DNA of 64,000 nt from Lama guanicoe (Eukaryota), in contig MU054098.1 in NCBI GenBank assembly GCA_013239625.1, positions 2,109,104-2,173,103 of the forward strand, given 5' to 3'. The translations under genes and the position numbers were made by a program. Under the pieces are notes generated by a model. It was given only the letters and a program-made list of their open reading frames with translations. It was not told the origin of the DNA and did not search any database. Position 1 is the first letter of the stretch. Every line of letters starts with the position of its first letter. Shown here in pieces: positions 25,636 through 39,170 of this stretch.

Positions 25636-26659
25636 ATGACATGAAATGGTAACATATATGAGAGAACTTGACAACCCCAAAATGCTATGTAATAAAAGTT
25701 GTTAGTATAATATATATATAATAATAGTATTTGTACCAATTATAGCCATTATAATTAATGTCAACTTGAAGCTATTGAAACATTGAAACAGAAATTCTCA
25801 CGTCTTTCTGAAACCCTGGAATCACCATAAATCAGCAGCATTCCTTTCTCTGGAGGAACACAAAGACTTCCCAAAGGATATGCAAAAAAAAAAAAAAGAA
25901 AGAAGAGAACCAATTTCCAGCATCATCTCAAATTCCCTATGTATAATTCCCAAAATTGATGTGCCTGCAATTAAGGTATCCTACCAAGGTTGACCTTTCC
26001 CACTTGTCCTTTCAGAATTGTCCTCCAGCTACACAAAAGAAAGGCAGAACGCACATCCTGAATCTTGCTGTGATATAACCCATCTTCTAATTACTGTTTA
26101 AAAAACAATAGCAACGTTCCTGAGAAAGAGTCCTGTGAAAGAAAAGCCAAGAGCACTGGTAAGAAATAACTTTTGTGAACCTCTCACTTCTTAATGGTCC
26201 TATAGCTTTTCTCCCATGTGTTGTTAATTTTTACACATAGATTAAAAATGCCCGTATAAAAGCAGAACATCTACTTATGTACAAATGGAGGACAAAATGT
26301 TTCTAAAATGCTTCTGAAATGTGGTGCCCAGAACTTTAGGAAGACAGTTTCATTTAATTAGGGGAAAAAATCTTTCTCCTCAGCTGATATGTTTATCTAA
26401 TTCTATCAAATGAATAATTATAAACAATAATTTTCAACAATAAAATTAAATTATTAATCTATATATAAAATTCTCAAGTGTCTTTCTACCGTAAGTTTTA
26501 AGGCACTTTTAGGAGATTTAGATTAGAAAGCTGAAATATAGCATGCAAAATATGTATTTATATGTGTTTATGTGTTTGTAGCCCATGAGACAAATCTTAA
26601 AATGCATAACTTCCAATTTTTTAATTTGTTTTTAATGTCTCATTTTTAAATAATTTTAA

Positions 26660-27020
26660 ATGTTTCCCTTTGCAATTCATGCATATCTTGGGGGAGATAC
26701 TTTGAGACTATGCAAATATCTAGGTCCTCCTTAAACTTTTGCCCACAATTTTTAGCATCCATTGGTGGATCTTGTCTGCTATAATTATTACTGTGATGTT
26801 CTAATGGTGATTTTCCATTTCCCTCATTCCTTCTATATTTACTACCTGGAATTCTTTTGTAAGGAATAGCCATCCCTCCATTTGTTTATTTGTTTATTTA
26901 AATTTATATTATATCAATATGGACTCATGGCTGTTTCTTGTATTCGATGGACTATAATCCTATACTGTTATTTATTTTTTTCCTCAAATTCAAGCTTTGA
27001 CCATTGGGGTTTTCAATAAT
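26660..27020 (-). mobile_element. Old L1 (L1MC-like) 3' fragment
   Basis: 'ggggagatactttgagactatgcaaatatc...ttagcatccattggtggatcttg...ttccctcattccttcta'. Confidence 0.75.
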
Positions 27021-27214
27021 TGGGAAAGAAATGCCTTTGCAAGTCATATGGTTTAAATTATTTACTTTCAATAAAATTGAAGGGCTAGTCAAATTACCAG
27101 CTGATTGATCGTTTAAAAGAATGTCGATGATAGAACACTGAATTTTTTTCCCGTGCAATACAGAAGACCTTCAAACAATTAAGTGATATTGTAATAAAAA
27201 AATTTTCATTCTCA

Positions 27215-27755
27215 TATGCCTGTCCTGTAGCCCAGGAGTTCTAGTCCTCTGTATCCAAGAGAAATGAGCACATATGTTTACCCAAAGACTTGTAGCAATT
27301 TTCATAGCTGTTTTATTCATAAGAGCCAAAACGTAGAAACAATTCAAATATCCATGAATAATAGAATGGATAATAAAGTTGTAGCCTATTCATAAGATGG
27401 AATATAACACAGTACTTTTTTCAAAGAACAAACTGCTGATATACCCCAAAACATTGATGAATGTCAAACACATTATGTTAAGTGAAAGAAGTCACACAAA
27501 GGAGTAAACACTGGATGAGTCCATTCATATGAAATTCAAGAACATGTTAAATTCAATTTAGGGTGATAGAAGTGAGAGCCGTCTTGAGGGCAGTATTGTT
27601 TGGGAAAGGGCACAAGGGAAGCTTCTGCTGTGCTGTAAATGTCCTCGATCTTGATCAGGGTGATGATGGTTACATGAGTGCACACATTTGTCAAAACTCA
27701 TCTTAGGATCTGTCTACCTTTTTGGTGTATAAATTATACCTCAATAAAGTAATAG
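27215..27755 (+). mobile_element. Old L1 (L1M-type) 3' end
   Basis: 'ccaagagaaatga...ttattcataagagccaaaa...cattatgttaagtgaaagaagtca...taaattatacctcaataaag'. Confidence 0.75.
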
Positions 27756-28689
27756 AGTGTGAAAAATACCAACTGAGAAAAATGTTTAACATGTATAGGA
27801 TATAAAGGACATATATGCAGGACATATAAATGGTTCCTGCACACACAAAAAAAAGTGTCCAGTGAAAAAGTGAGTAAAAGATAGAAATAGGCCAGTCACC
27901 CTAAAGGAATTGTATATCATCGAAATGCCTATGAAAAAAATCCACTGGTAATCAGAGATATGCCAAATGAAACACAGAACTCTGCAACCTCTTTCTAACC
28001 CCAAACTGGTAACTTTGTTGGGAGGATAAAGGAAGAGTATATTAAAGTAATAAATGCTTATTTGTACCTATAATGAGCACTATAACAAGTAATAATAGAA
28101 TAGATAATGAAATTATCTTGATCTAAGCATCAGTCATTAAGAGCTAGAATTGAGTCACAGTTCTTGAATCCATACAAGACACAAGACAGTCTGAGTTTTC
28201 TAAATCCAAACCTCTTATTGGGCCTTTGACAGCGGTGTGGCCTCCACATGTACATTACACACTTCGGCGGAAGGTGTCTGCGCTGGCGGGGAGAGCAGGA
28301 AGACCGCACGGAGACACTCCAGCCTTCCTGGTGCGAGCTGCGTGGTACAAGGTAAAGCAGAAATCCAACCTGGCTGGTCCCTGAGCCGATATATTTTGTT
28401 TGGCTTTTGTGGTGTGCTAGTTTTAATTGAGGCCAGCATTTAAAAAGTCAACAATTAAGTACGAAAATGATTTACATCTAGCTAAATCGGCTGGAGCTCT
28501 GTAGCAGCTGACCCACTCAGAGGCTGGGTGTCAGGTTTCCTGATGTCAGACCCACATTACTCATTTATGTTACGCATCTTGTCCCTATAGGTAATTGAGT
28601 TTGTGATCTGATGTAAAATGCCAGGGGGAAAAGACAACAGCCTCTAAATTTTAAACACTACCGTTTACTAATAATGTACATGAGAGAGA

Positions 28690-28724
<35 letters not shown>

Positions 28725-28731
28725 CGTGTGT
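28690..28731. repeat. (TG)13(CG)5(TG)2 alternating purine-pyrimidine tract
   Basis: Seen directly. Confidence 0.95.
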
Positions 28732-29144
28732 TTGTCAGAGAGAGAGAAAGAATAAAGTCCTCAGATGGACTGCTTTACTTAGTTCTTTAGTACCTTGAAG
28801 TTACAAATGTCCTTCTATACAACTTTACAATGAATAAATATGCAGAACTATCTTTAGAAAATTTAGCAAGCTGCAAGAGCTCCCTTTCCAATTAATTGTT
28901 ACCCTGTGGTATTAGTGGGCAGGAATGTATTGCGACATGGAGTTTTGGACAAGGTTGTATGTAACATAGGGGAGCTGTGGATGCTTCTGACAGGGGGGCA
29001 GTGAGTGCATCTTTTTTCGAAAGGGCATGGGTTTTACTCTTGGGACTCACTCTCAAAGGGTTTCGTCCCTTTCTTGACCCAGTTAAAGGTGGCTCACCTC
29101 CTCTGGCAGCAGTGTGGCTGACTAGCTCCCTTCTTAAATGTAGA

Positions 29145-29330
29145 GCAAAGGTTCAGTAGTTCGGTGCCCCCGAAGTTCATAGAAGGCATGTTAAAACCAA
29201 GACAGCTGTCCCCACCTTCCAGAGTTTATATTCAGTAGGTCTGGGGTGGAGCCCAAGAATTTGTATTTCTAACAAGTTCCCAGGCCTTGCTGACACAGCT
29301 GGTCAGGGAGCCACACTTTGAGAATCTGTG
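29145..29330. mobile_element. MER5A-like hAT DNA transposon
   Basis: 'attcagtaggtctggggtggagcccaagaatttgtatttctaacaagttcc...ccacactttgagaa'. Confidence 0.8.
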
Positions 29331-30064
29331 ATAAAATCTTCAACCTCTGGTAAAGTGGGCTAATTCATGGGAGTCTGTATTAATGATTTATGCTCAGGAG
29401 GGTTAGACATAAATAATAACCCAATATATTTAATTGCATATTCTTAATACATGCTTCCTGTTACTAATTACTCTGATTTTTTTTTTCCTGCAAACAGCTC
29501 AGGAAATGGAAGTATTTAATTGTGGGGCTTTTTTTGGAGGCATAAAAGCAATCAGTGAGAACTGATTCAGTTGAACCTGAGATCTAAGTCGTTCATTTTC
29601 CCCTGGGGAGTCCCTCCAGTCAGCAGTCACAAACATACTCTGCCCTGTGGTTTTGTTGCTGAAGCTTGAGGTTCCCGTGATAGATCAAGGAGAGCTGGGC
29701 TGGCATGGCATTGAAAGAGACCACTGTGAAACAGCAAGACCAGGCAAGCTTTAAAACTAGAATGGGCTCGCTGGGGAAGTGACAAAAGGGATTCTTTCTC
29801 TCCTTGATGGATTTAAAGGTAGAATCCTGATTCTCCTGAGAACTGTTCAAAAGCCCCTCCCCTAAGGCATGCCGGCTCTTCCCCGTCTGTCTCTGTCTTC
29901 TGTCTTTACTGCAGCCAACCATTCCGAGGTAGTCAATGCATATCTTTCGTTTGTGTGTGTTTATGCAGAATCTGCATGGGTTTTTAATTTACATAAATGT
30001 TGTTCTAAACATTACTGCTGCATTTCCCACTCAACTCTAATATTTTATGATTCATCTGTGCTGA

Positions 30065-30380
30065 CAGGGTGCCCCTCTAACTTCAGCAGGCATCAAAATC
30101 ACCAGGGAAAGTTATTAAGATAGAGACTCCCAGGTTCCAGTCCAAGAGATTCTTGTTCAGAAGGTCTTAGGCGATGCCCCAGAATCTGTATTTAAACAAA
30201 TTTATTGGGGTATAATTTATATACCATAAAATTCACCTGTTTTATGTATACAATTTAAGGATTTTTTGTAAATTCGTAGAGTTGTATAACCACACCACAC
30301 AATCCCGTTGGAAACGTACATTTTAATAAGCTCCCCAGGGGCTTCCGAGGCAGCAGGTCCTCAGACTGCATTTTCAGCAT
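30065..30380. mobile_element. MER5-like element interrupted by a short L1 3' fragment (~30195-30310)
   Basis: 'catcaaaatcaccagggaa...agagattct...gaatctgtattt' resumes as 'cattttaataagctccccagg'; the insert reads 'tttattggggtataatttatataccataaaattcacc'. Confidence 0.6.
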
Positions 30381-31644
30381 TGTCGAGATTGAGAGTATGA
30401 CTTGGGGGGACTCCACCAGAGCTGTCATTTCTTGCTAGACCTTTTCATGGCCCCCACCCCTCTCACACTCTTAGCCCTCTCACTCCTCATGGCCCTTCAT
30501 GCCTTCCTTTTATATGATGTGAGCTGTGTTCATGGCCCCCACCCCTCTCGCTTTTCCTTGCTCTTGCTCCTCTCACACACATACTGATATTTCCCTGTTA
30601 GATGATTCCATCTGAAATGTATATGCTAACATAAGTTGTTGTCTGTTCTCTCATTCATGTGGTTCTTAGACCTTGCTTTAAGAAATATTCTTTAAAACTA
30701 TGCAGAGGGAGATTAGATGAAGATCATAGGAGCTTCATGCCACAACAAGGCAGATCAATCAGCCAAGAGAAATGACGTTGCTTGGCTGGGGAAGAAGGTG
30801 CTTCTTTATGTGAGGTAAATAAGGTTGACCCCCCCAAAAAACCTTGACCAGAATTGTTCCTAAGCAGGAGGCCAGCCATGGGTCTCACCTAGCCACCTTC
30901 AGGGATGGTGGGATCAATAGTTAGGATCTTGTGACTTCATATGTAAAGTGCTGCTTGTCAAGACAGAAGCCACAGCACCTCAAGTTCTGTCTGGAGCCTA
31001 AATAGGGAACAAAAACCAAATATCACTGCTTCTGGCATTGAAGTAGATCATGGAGATGAACATCATTCATAAGTACATCAGGCTCTGCGTCTCCATGCAG
31101 GACCCAAAGTTCTACATGACTATAAAATGCAACCTAATAAACCACTGAAAATTATCTAGAGTTTTCCACTCAAGTAAAAATATTTATTGAACAAATATCA
31201 TGCCCCAGGCACATTTGTTTCTGGGTCACTGATGCACATAATTAAATTCACCAGTGAAGATGGCAAAGTATACAGATATGCTGCCCTTGGTCCTTGCCTC
31301 CTGGACTGCTTAGAAGAAAGAGTTTTTTAGGGGGTAAATAGAATACTAGAGCAGAGTTCTTGGGCTCACACTCCAAGTTCAATCTGAAAATTCCTTTCCT
31401 TTCCTTTCCTTTCCTTTATTTTTTAGATATTAGTGTTTACCTTCTTCCCTTGCCCCGTTCATTTCTTTGATAATATTAGGGTTTCATGCAAGCTTTCCTT
31501 TGAAGAAAGGGTTCCACTATTTTAAAAAAATTGTAAAACCTTCTAAGTAAATTATGTCACTTACTTGCTAAGAGCTGTCTTTGTGTAAGGTGCTGTGTTG
31601 GGTGTAAGGTGCTGGGGGGGCACACAGATACAGAAGATGCCCCT

Positions 31645-31912
31645 TATCTTTCTTGCGTACCATTGTAGCCCCAGTACCTAGCACAGAGTTTGGCTCAAAA
31701 AATGTTTATTGAACAAATGATGGAACAAATGAATGAATAACACTAATTACACTGTATTGTAATAATTTATTTACCTGTTTGTTTTCCCAATTAACCTGTG
31801 AGCTCATGGACAGCAGAAACCATGTTTTATTTATTGCAGTATCAATGGGAACTCCCACATGACCCAGTGTATTGAGGGCACTTACTAATGGTGGAATGAA
31901 TGGATGAATGCA
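31645..31912 (+). mobile_element. Two tandem L2 3' ends
   Basis: Two ends reading 'tgtttattgaacaaatga...aatgaatgaa' and 'tggaatgaatggatgaatg'. Confidence 0.65.
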
Positions 31913-32859
31913 AAGCAGGTGTAAAACCTTGCCCATGGCAACAAAACTAAGTATAGTTGATCCAGAAACAGAACTGACAATTACTGTTTTCTGATTTCAT
32001 ACTTACTGTACAAAGCCATAAGACCCCCTCTACGAAGAATGAGACATTTTGGGTATTTGGGGACTGGCCAGAGTGGTGAGCAGCAGCCAGAGGACAATAC
32101 CACTGTGATCTCATCTTTGCCTGTCTTGCCTCTTTGGCAAGTTTGATTGCCAGGTCTGCAGAGGAATATGCTGGGCTGCTGTTTCCTACTTAACAAGCAG
32201 TCAGATGAGCTGGGTTGTAGCTGGAATCTGAAAGGGACACTGGAAAGGCCTTATGCCTTCTCTCCAAATGCAAATACCGCTGGAAGGGTGAAGTCTCAAA
32301 TCACCATTTCTCCACTCACAGTGAATAACTTAGATAATCAGGTACCTTTAACCTGTTATCTGGTTTAACTTGCTCTCATTGGAGACCCAAGCTTGCTTGA
32401 GAGGACATTGTGGATTGTCACTTGTTGCAGAGGTAGGTAGGTAAACATAGGGCAATGGACAACATGAGCAGAGTAGGGGTCCAGAGGCACTGGCTTCAGC
32501 AGAGGTTAGCATGAAAGGCACCAGTCCTGAATCCAAGCTCCTCTTACTTCACATTTTCCCAAGAGTCTACTTGGACTCAGTCTATATGCCAGCATACCAA
32601 CTTTGTCATCCAATCTTGGACAGCCCTTGATGGGAGCTACCATAATACAAGACATGGCTCTATTCACCCTACACTTTCTCATCATTTTAAACTACAGAGG
32701 ATTTTCCCACTGTTTCCAGGTTTGTATGAACCTTGTGTCTAGCTCAGGATCAATGTGCAAAGCATTGTACATAGCTCACTCTGGTAACTTTATGTTTATT
32801 ATTGGACAAATTACAGTTGAACATGTCTTAAGTACTAATAGGGACAGCAAAACGGTACA

Positions 32860-33075
32860 ACTGGGAAAAGCACAAGACTAGAAAACAAGAATCTGAGTTC
32901 TGCCATTTATTGGCTCCAGGAAAAAGAACCCCTTTTTGCCTCAGTTTTCTCATCTATTAAAAGGACATAATAGTACTCACTGTACCCACCTTATAAAGCT
33001 GTTTTAAATGTTAGTAGAGATAATGGATGACAAAGTCTACTGAAAATTAAAATGAGATATAAAAATGCAAGGTAT
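32860..33075 (+). mobile_element. MIR SINE
   Basis: Core 'gcctcagttttctcatctattaaaaggacataatagtac'. Confidence 0.7.
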
Positions 33076-33098
33076 TTCTCTTTAAAATAATGGGCTCG

Positions 33099-33220
33099 AT
33101 AGGATGACCATATAATTTACTCTCTAAATCAGGAAGGGAAATAATTAACTGTTATTAGTCTACAACAGGCATAAAATGGAACTGTCCTAGGCTAGTCCGG
33201 ATATTCTGTAAGTCCCCCTT
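33099..33220. mobile_element. MER81/MER94-like hAT MITE
   Basis: 'taggatgaccatataattt...acaacaggcataaaatggaactgtcc...gtcccct'. Confidence 0.55.
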
Positions 33221-34070
33221 ACATTGACTTTTATTCCATTCTGTGCATCCTTCCCAGCTCTTCCCTTGGCTCCTCTCCCACCTCTTTGTTCTAAAATGCT
33301 CTGCTTTATCTCTAAGTGCAGGCATCCTGTCTAGGGAGAGCAAGAAAATGTATGAGTATGATTGTGTGTGTTCTTTGAAATATCTGACCTAGAAAAAAGT
33401 CGGGCCATGAATAAACATGTTGCTATTACAACCTAAAGATCCCCATATAAATAGCTGCAGTGCTCGGCTTTGGCTGATGATTGATTACTCAAATGGGCTC
33501 CAGTTTTCCCCTGGGCCTTTTTTGTTTCCTCCCATCTAATACTACAGTTTTTTCTGGTTTTGTTTTTTGGGTTTTTTGCCTCTGACATGTTGCTAAGTAT
33601 AGTGTAAGGCAGAACTCCCAGGGCTGGTCTGGACAGTCTCCCCAGCTGAGCAACCAGAGACAGTGGCCTGGGGCTCATGTTGGGTGGGTACTCAGTGGAG
33701 AAGCTGAGAGGTGGCCCCCTTTGGCTCTTGCAACAGAATAATCGAGTGACCAACTTTGCTCAGGCTCTTGGCTCTGGTGGGGTTTTTCCTCAAAATTTCC
33801 ATCCAGGATGGAGGAAGGAGCTCACCTGCCTTTTGGGGATTGAAAAAGTTACTCTCAAACAAAACTGGGTGAGAAATGATAAAACCAAAGGCCAAGTGGC
33901 TGGCCGAGTTTCTCCACTCTCCCTTTCTCACCATAATGAGCACCATACCCAGAAGGCTGAGTGAGCATACATGAACAAAATTCATGGCTTAAAGTGAAAT
34001 AAAATTTGTAGCATAATTAATCTTATACATTTTCAATGGTAAATGGTTATTATGTTGCTGTTCCATATAC

Positions 34071-34081
34071 GTGTGTGTGTG

Positions 34082-34123
<42 letters not shown>
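34071..34123. repeat. (GT)n(AT)n microsatellite
   Basis: Seen directly. Confidence 0.95.
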
Positions 34124-34127
<4 letters not shown>

Positions 34128-35177
34128 CATTCACAGAAATGAACATAATTGGAATTGCTTTTAGACAGCAATATAAATATTTCTGAGGTCAGCTATCAAC
34201 AGTTGTCCCTTATTTTCCTTTAAAAAAAAAACAGGCCATTTTGGTTTGGTCCCATGTTTTGGCGTGCCTAGGCTAGAATAGCTGGTTTCTTTGCCTCAGT
34301 TGTCCCCATCTTCTGTGGTACCTAGATCATAATGCTCTTTTACTCAGACTATGAATGGCTTCCCTTTACCTTCTAAAACCTGACCCCAGCTGATATTTCC
34401 TGCCTGATCTCTTACCATCCCCCTACTGACACCCTGTCCTCTAGTCACATAGATTATTATCTTATGAGCATATTTTCATTTTATGCCACATTTTGCATAA
34501 GTATATCTGTGTCTCCACTTAGAATGTCAAAGTGCAGATCCAAAGTCCTACGTATAAAGTGGAAAGTATTCTGAGCCAGGAGATAGTAGGTCTGGATATT
34601 GGTTAGGTCTCTGCCATTAACTTGCCATGTGACTGTAAGCAAACCAATTCACTTTTCTGAGTCTTACCTTTGTAGATCTCTAAGGTTCTTTCCAATTTGA
34701 AAAGTTAAAAAACAAAATCATTGGGTAACAAATATAATCACACCTGTTTTGAAGGTCTAGTTCACGTATCATCCCAACCCAAAGCTCATGGCTTACAACG
34801 GGCTAAGCTCTCATAGTGCTTCCTTGCCCTCATGATTACAAGATGGCTGCTTTAGCTCTAGTATCACTTGCCCTGCCAAAGGAAGGAAAGAGTGATCTTT
34901 GTCTCAACATTCCCAATAAGTCCTGAGATTGGTTCTGATTGTACCAACTATCGGATCAGTAACTGTGGTCAGGGGGATATGTGGCTTCAGCCCAACTCAC
35001 ATGTTCTACCCTGTAAGGCTAGGTTTGAACTGAAGTTGGTTGGGAAGGGGAATATCAAGACCATTGCCAGAAGAAGGACAAATGGATCCTGGAGAGGCAC
35101 ATGCCCACAACACTGTGCTATTATATTTGTTCCAGACTGTACTGTATAGTGGTTACTTGTGTGTGTGCCTTATTATC

Positions 35178-35660
35178 TCATTCATTTGTTCAACATATAT
35201 TTTTGAGTAACTATTGTATGCCAGGCACAGTGCCATTAGCGGTTTGATGGTGAACAAGACTCAGTGTCTACCCTCATGATATTTACATTATAGTGGAGAA
35301 AACAAGCTAAAACCATAAATATATCAGTAAAGCAAGAGTCAGTTGTAGTAAATTCTCTGAAGAAGACAAGCAGGATGCAGAGAAAAAGAATAAAAAGGCT
35401 AATTATTTTGCATAGGATGCTCAGGAAGGGTCTTTCTGAACTGATGGTGATGAAGAGCCGCTGAGGGAAGGATTAGAGTTAATGGCATTCCAGGCAAAGG
35501 GAAGAGAAAATGCAAAGACACTAAGGAGAGAACAGGCTTGGTGTGTTGAATGAACAGAAAGAAAATGGGAGTGCCTGGTGCACAGTGAGAGGACTAGTCA
35601 AAAATGAGTTGGGAGAGGCAAGCCAGGTAATGTAAAGTCTTAGGGACCATGGGAAGTCCA
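35178..35660 (-). mobile_element. L2 3' portion
   Basis: 'cattcatttgttcaacatatatttttgag...tgccaggcac...cattccaggcaaagggaa'. Confidence 0.75.
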
Positions 35661-37051
35661 CTTGTCTGCAAACTTCTTGAGGATAAGAGGATGTCTTTTT
35701 TAAATGTGTTATTTATTTCTATAACTCAGCCCTCTTTTTAGTGCTTGGTATGTACAAGTGCTTCTTAAATGCTTATTGCTACATGGAATAAATGTCTGGG
35801 ATTTTATCTTGTGTGTGCTTTGAAGTAGGGCTGTTTCTTTCTCATTGTAACACCCTCAAGCAAGAAAGGCTTCTCGTCACTTGTCTTGGCTGTTGCCTAG
35901 AAAGGAAGCTGCTTTCCAGTCTACTTCTCTGTCCTGGCCTCCACGCTCTTGGCTCTCCCAAAGTTCTTTCCAGTCAAGACACTCTGTCCCTTGGGGATTC
36001 TGTTTTGCTCTTGGGCTGAGAGTAAGGTTTTATTTATGAAAAATCTTTGATAAAGACAAAGTATCGTTGGCCTTTTGCTGTTAAGAAGTAGCCAATGATA
36101 TAATCAGATAAGAAACAATGTAATATAAATATACCGAAGGAAGCATTATGGCAGGACATAAACTAGTGAGTAGGTGTGGGGGCTTTGGGAAAACAGGCTT
36201 GAACAATCCCCATTAGTTTGAGTAACCAGGGTAGCATAAGTCCCTTCGTGCCAGTCCCTCAGAAAAGGGCACCAACTACAGGTAAGATTCTAGAAATTAT
36301 TCAGAAAAGGCACAATTACTCTCTCCTCAGGGAAGTTGCAGCTCTGCTTAGGACACATGGAAACAGTCATGGTAGCATGGCTTTTAATTGGTGCCTGTGG
36401 AATTAGGAAATTGAATTCCATAGTTTCTCAGGCACACCCTAACTTATGCAGTCCCCTGTATCACTGCAGCTGTAACTCTCTCTTACATCTCTGGCTAAGG
36501 TATTTCTAACCCCTGTTTGGTGGAAAACACCAGATTTCCCCTTAATGTGGAAACTAGATGCTGACAGTTCTCCAGGTTGTCGTTTACACACAGGTAGTTC
36601 TAAAAAGAAGCTCTTGTTTTAAAATTCAGGAGTCCCTCCAACTTAAAAGGCCTTCACTTGAATTGCAATCTGTTAGCTCTGCTCCCAAATTAGGAATTCA
36701 AAAATGTAGTATTTGTGGTTTGTGAGTTTGCGGGTAGATGGCTGTGTGGGGAAGGGAGAAAGATAGGTGGTAAGAGAGAGTTCATAGAAGAAGGGGTTCC
36801 ATTCTCTAGCTCCTTCTATCACCTACATGTTCCTGAGAAAAAAATATACAGAAGATGACAGGATGGTGGTGGAGGTTCCTTCTGAACATTTCCTCTATTC
36901 ACCAAATGTTCATTGAGTGCCTACTCAATGGATCTTCATCTGAAAAGATAGCGGTGATTTGTATCAGCAGAAACATTTATCTACTAAGAGAGAAAAATAT
37001 ATCGTGATATAAAGCTATTAATAGAGCTAAATGAAAAATGATACCCAATTT

Positions 37052-37582
37052 GTATCCAACCTCCCCGCCAAAACACTAATTTGAAAGCATACACGCACCC
37101 TCATGTGCACTACACCACTATTTACAATAGCCAGGATATGGAAGCAATCTCACTGTCCAGCAACAGATGAATGGATAAAGAAGATGTAAGATATACATAC
37201 ATACACAGTAAAATACTACCGAGACATAAGAAGGAATGAAATTTTGGTATTTGCAGCAAAATGGATGGACTTGGAGGGCGTTATGCTAAGTGAAATAAGT
37301 CAGAGACAGACAAATATTCTGTGAGATGACTTATATGTGGGATCTAAAAAATACAATAAACTGGTAGATGTAACAAAAAAGTAGATGCACAGATATAGAG
37401 AACAAACTAATGGTTACTAATGGTGGGGGAGGGGCAATGTAAGAGTGGGGAAATGGGAGGTACAAGCTGTTGAGTTAAGATAGGTTCACGGATGAATGTA
37501 CAACACAGGGAATATAGCCAATATTTTGTAATAACTGTAAATGGAAAGTTACCTTTAAAAATTGTATAAAAATTTAAAAAAA
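37052..37582 (+). mobile_element. 5'-truncated cetartiodactyl-type L1 3' end
   Basis: 'tttacaatagccaggatatggaagcaa...ttatgctaagtgaaataagtcaga...acacagggaatatagccaatattttgtaataactg' followed by an A-run. Confidence 0.9.
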
Positions 37583-38400
37583 CGTTAAACACTATTTCTG
37601 TTTTGCTGCTCAAAATGGTTTTAATCAGTGTAAATTTAATTTTTGGAGATTAAAGGGAAAAATGACACCCAATTTAATTTTACTTGGAAGGTTCCTGTTT
37701 GTGATGAGTGCCTGACAAAGCATACTCCCAACAGCTCAGTCTGGAGATACTATTAGCTATATCCCCACATTTACTGTGCAGCCGGCCAGCTATATGCGGG
37801 GAATATACTGTTACATTTCAGAAGGATTGCCGGTATAAATAGGCCTCCATATCAAGCTCGACTCTAAGAGATTCCACTGGCTGTGCATGTAATCATGGAT
37901 TGATGGTTACTAAAGGCCCAGATGAAATCAAACAGATAAGGCTTTACCCAAAGCTCTGGAGATAGAGCTCTCCCAAGGTTTGCATTGTATCTACGGAGAT
38001 AGGAGTGGTGACTGCAGAAGAGTTGAACATAGCCCTACCCAGCCATAGGAAGGCCGCAGCTGAGCTGCAGTATGTCGTTCATTCATTGATCACCTATTAT
38101 ATGCCAGGCATTGGGCTGGGTGCTAGGGATGCTGAGATGAGTAAGACATGCTTCCCTTGCCAAATTTATAGATGCACTTGGGAGAAATGGTCACTTAAAC
38201 ATGCCATTGCAATGTGATATATCAAAAGTTCAAAGTACAGTGACAACAGGAGTGAGGGAAAAGACAAAAAGACAAGAGACATTAGGAAAATTAACTGACA
38301 AATATGGTGGTGATTTGGCTTTGTGAGAAAAGTGTCCAGTTTTTCTTTATTCACCATTGTACCTCCATCATTTTTAGAAATGATATTGGGCTCCTCTATA

Positions 38401-39170
38401 ATTCATTCATTCATTCATTCATTCATTCATCTCTCCATCCATCTAGCCTATGCCAAACACTATGCAAGCTACCAGTGATATAAAGATAAATAAAATATAG
38501 TCTCTGCCTTTGATGGGTTCACAATATAATGAGAAAGAAAAACTAGTGAACAAATATTTAGACAGATCATTGAGACAGTGTTGTGGATAATGGACTACAG
38601 TAATACCTCTGGAGATGATTGAAACAGATGAAGGATGCTAATGGCCTAAACTGAGGCAGTAACAGTAACAATGAGTGCAAGGGAAAGATCAACAAGACAC
38701 TTAGAACATTGAACTGATGTGATGTAGCAAATGATTGGACTCATTTTAGGCGATGGTGACAAGGAAAAATAAAAATTGAGGTTCAATGAGCTCTAGATTT
38801 CTAGCTTGGCTGATTGAATACTGTCATTAATACATAGAGAAATAACTCAAATGTAAAAACAGATCTGGGGCAAGAATTCAGAGAGAATATTGAGTTCAAT
38901 TACAGAACTGTGGATTTGGATGTTTTTGTGGGCTATCTAGGTGCAGATGCCATAGATGGGCAGATATTTGAGTCTTATGCTGAGGAAATACATCTGAGCT
39001 AGGGATTAAGATGTGGGAATCTGTAGCCTACTTGTAACAGTTAAAACTCTTGGAGTAGATGAGGTCATCCAAGAAGATTATGCAGCATGAGAAGAAAACC
39101 TGAGGAAACAGCAATACATAAATGTTGAGGAAAAGTAAAAGGGAGAAGCAGTGGAGGATACTAAGAAAAT
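38401..39170 (-). mobile_element. L2 with (TTCA)n tail
   Basis: (ATTC)n at 38401-38430 followed by antisense L2 body motifs ('tgagttcaatt', 'ggattaagatgtgggaatc'). Confidence 0.7.

Noticed and set aside
30444..30549. Identical 21-bp direct repeat ttcatggcccccacccctctc (30444-30464 and 30529-30549)
   Set aside because: Only two copies, with no poly(A) or element between them; an ordinary local duplication, not a CRISPR array or TSD.
37757..37808. Short imperfect inverted repeat (tatatccccacat / atgcggggaatata)
   Set aside because: Too short and mismatched to distinguish from chance.
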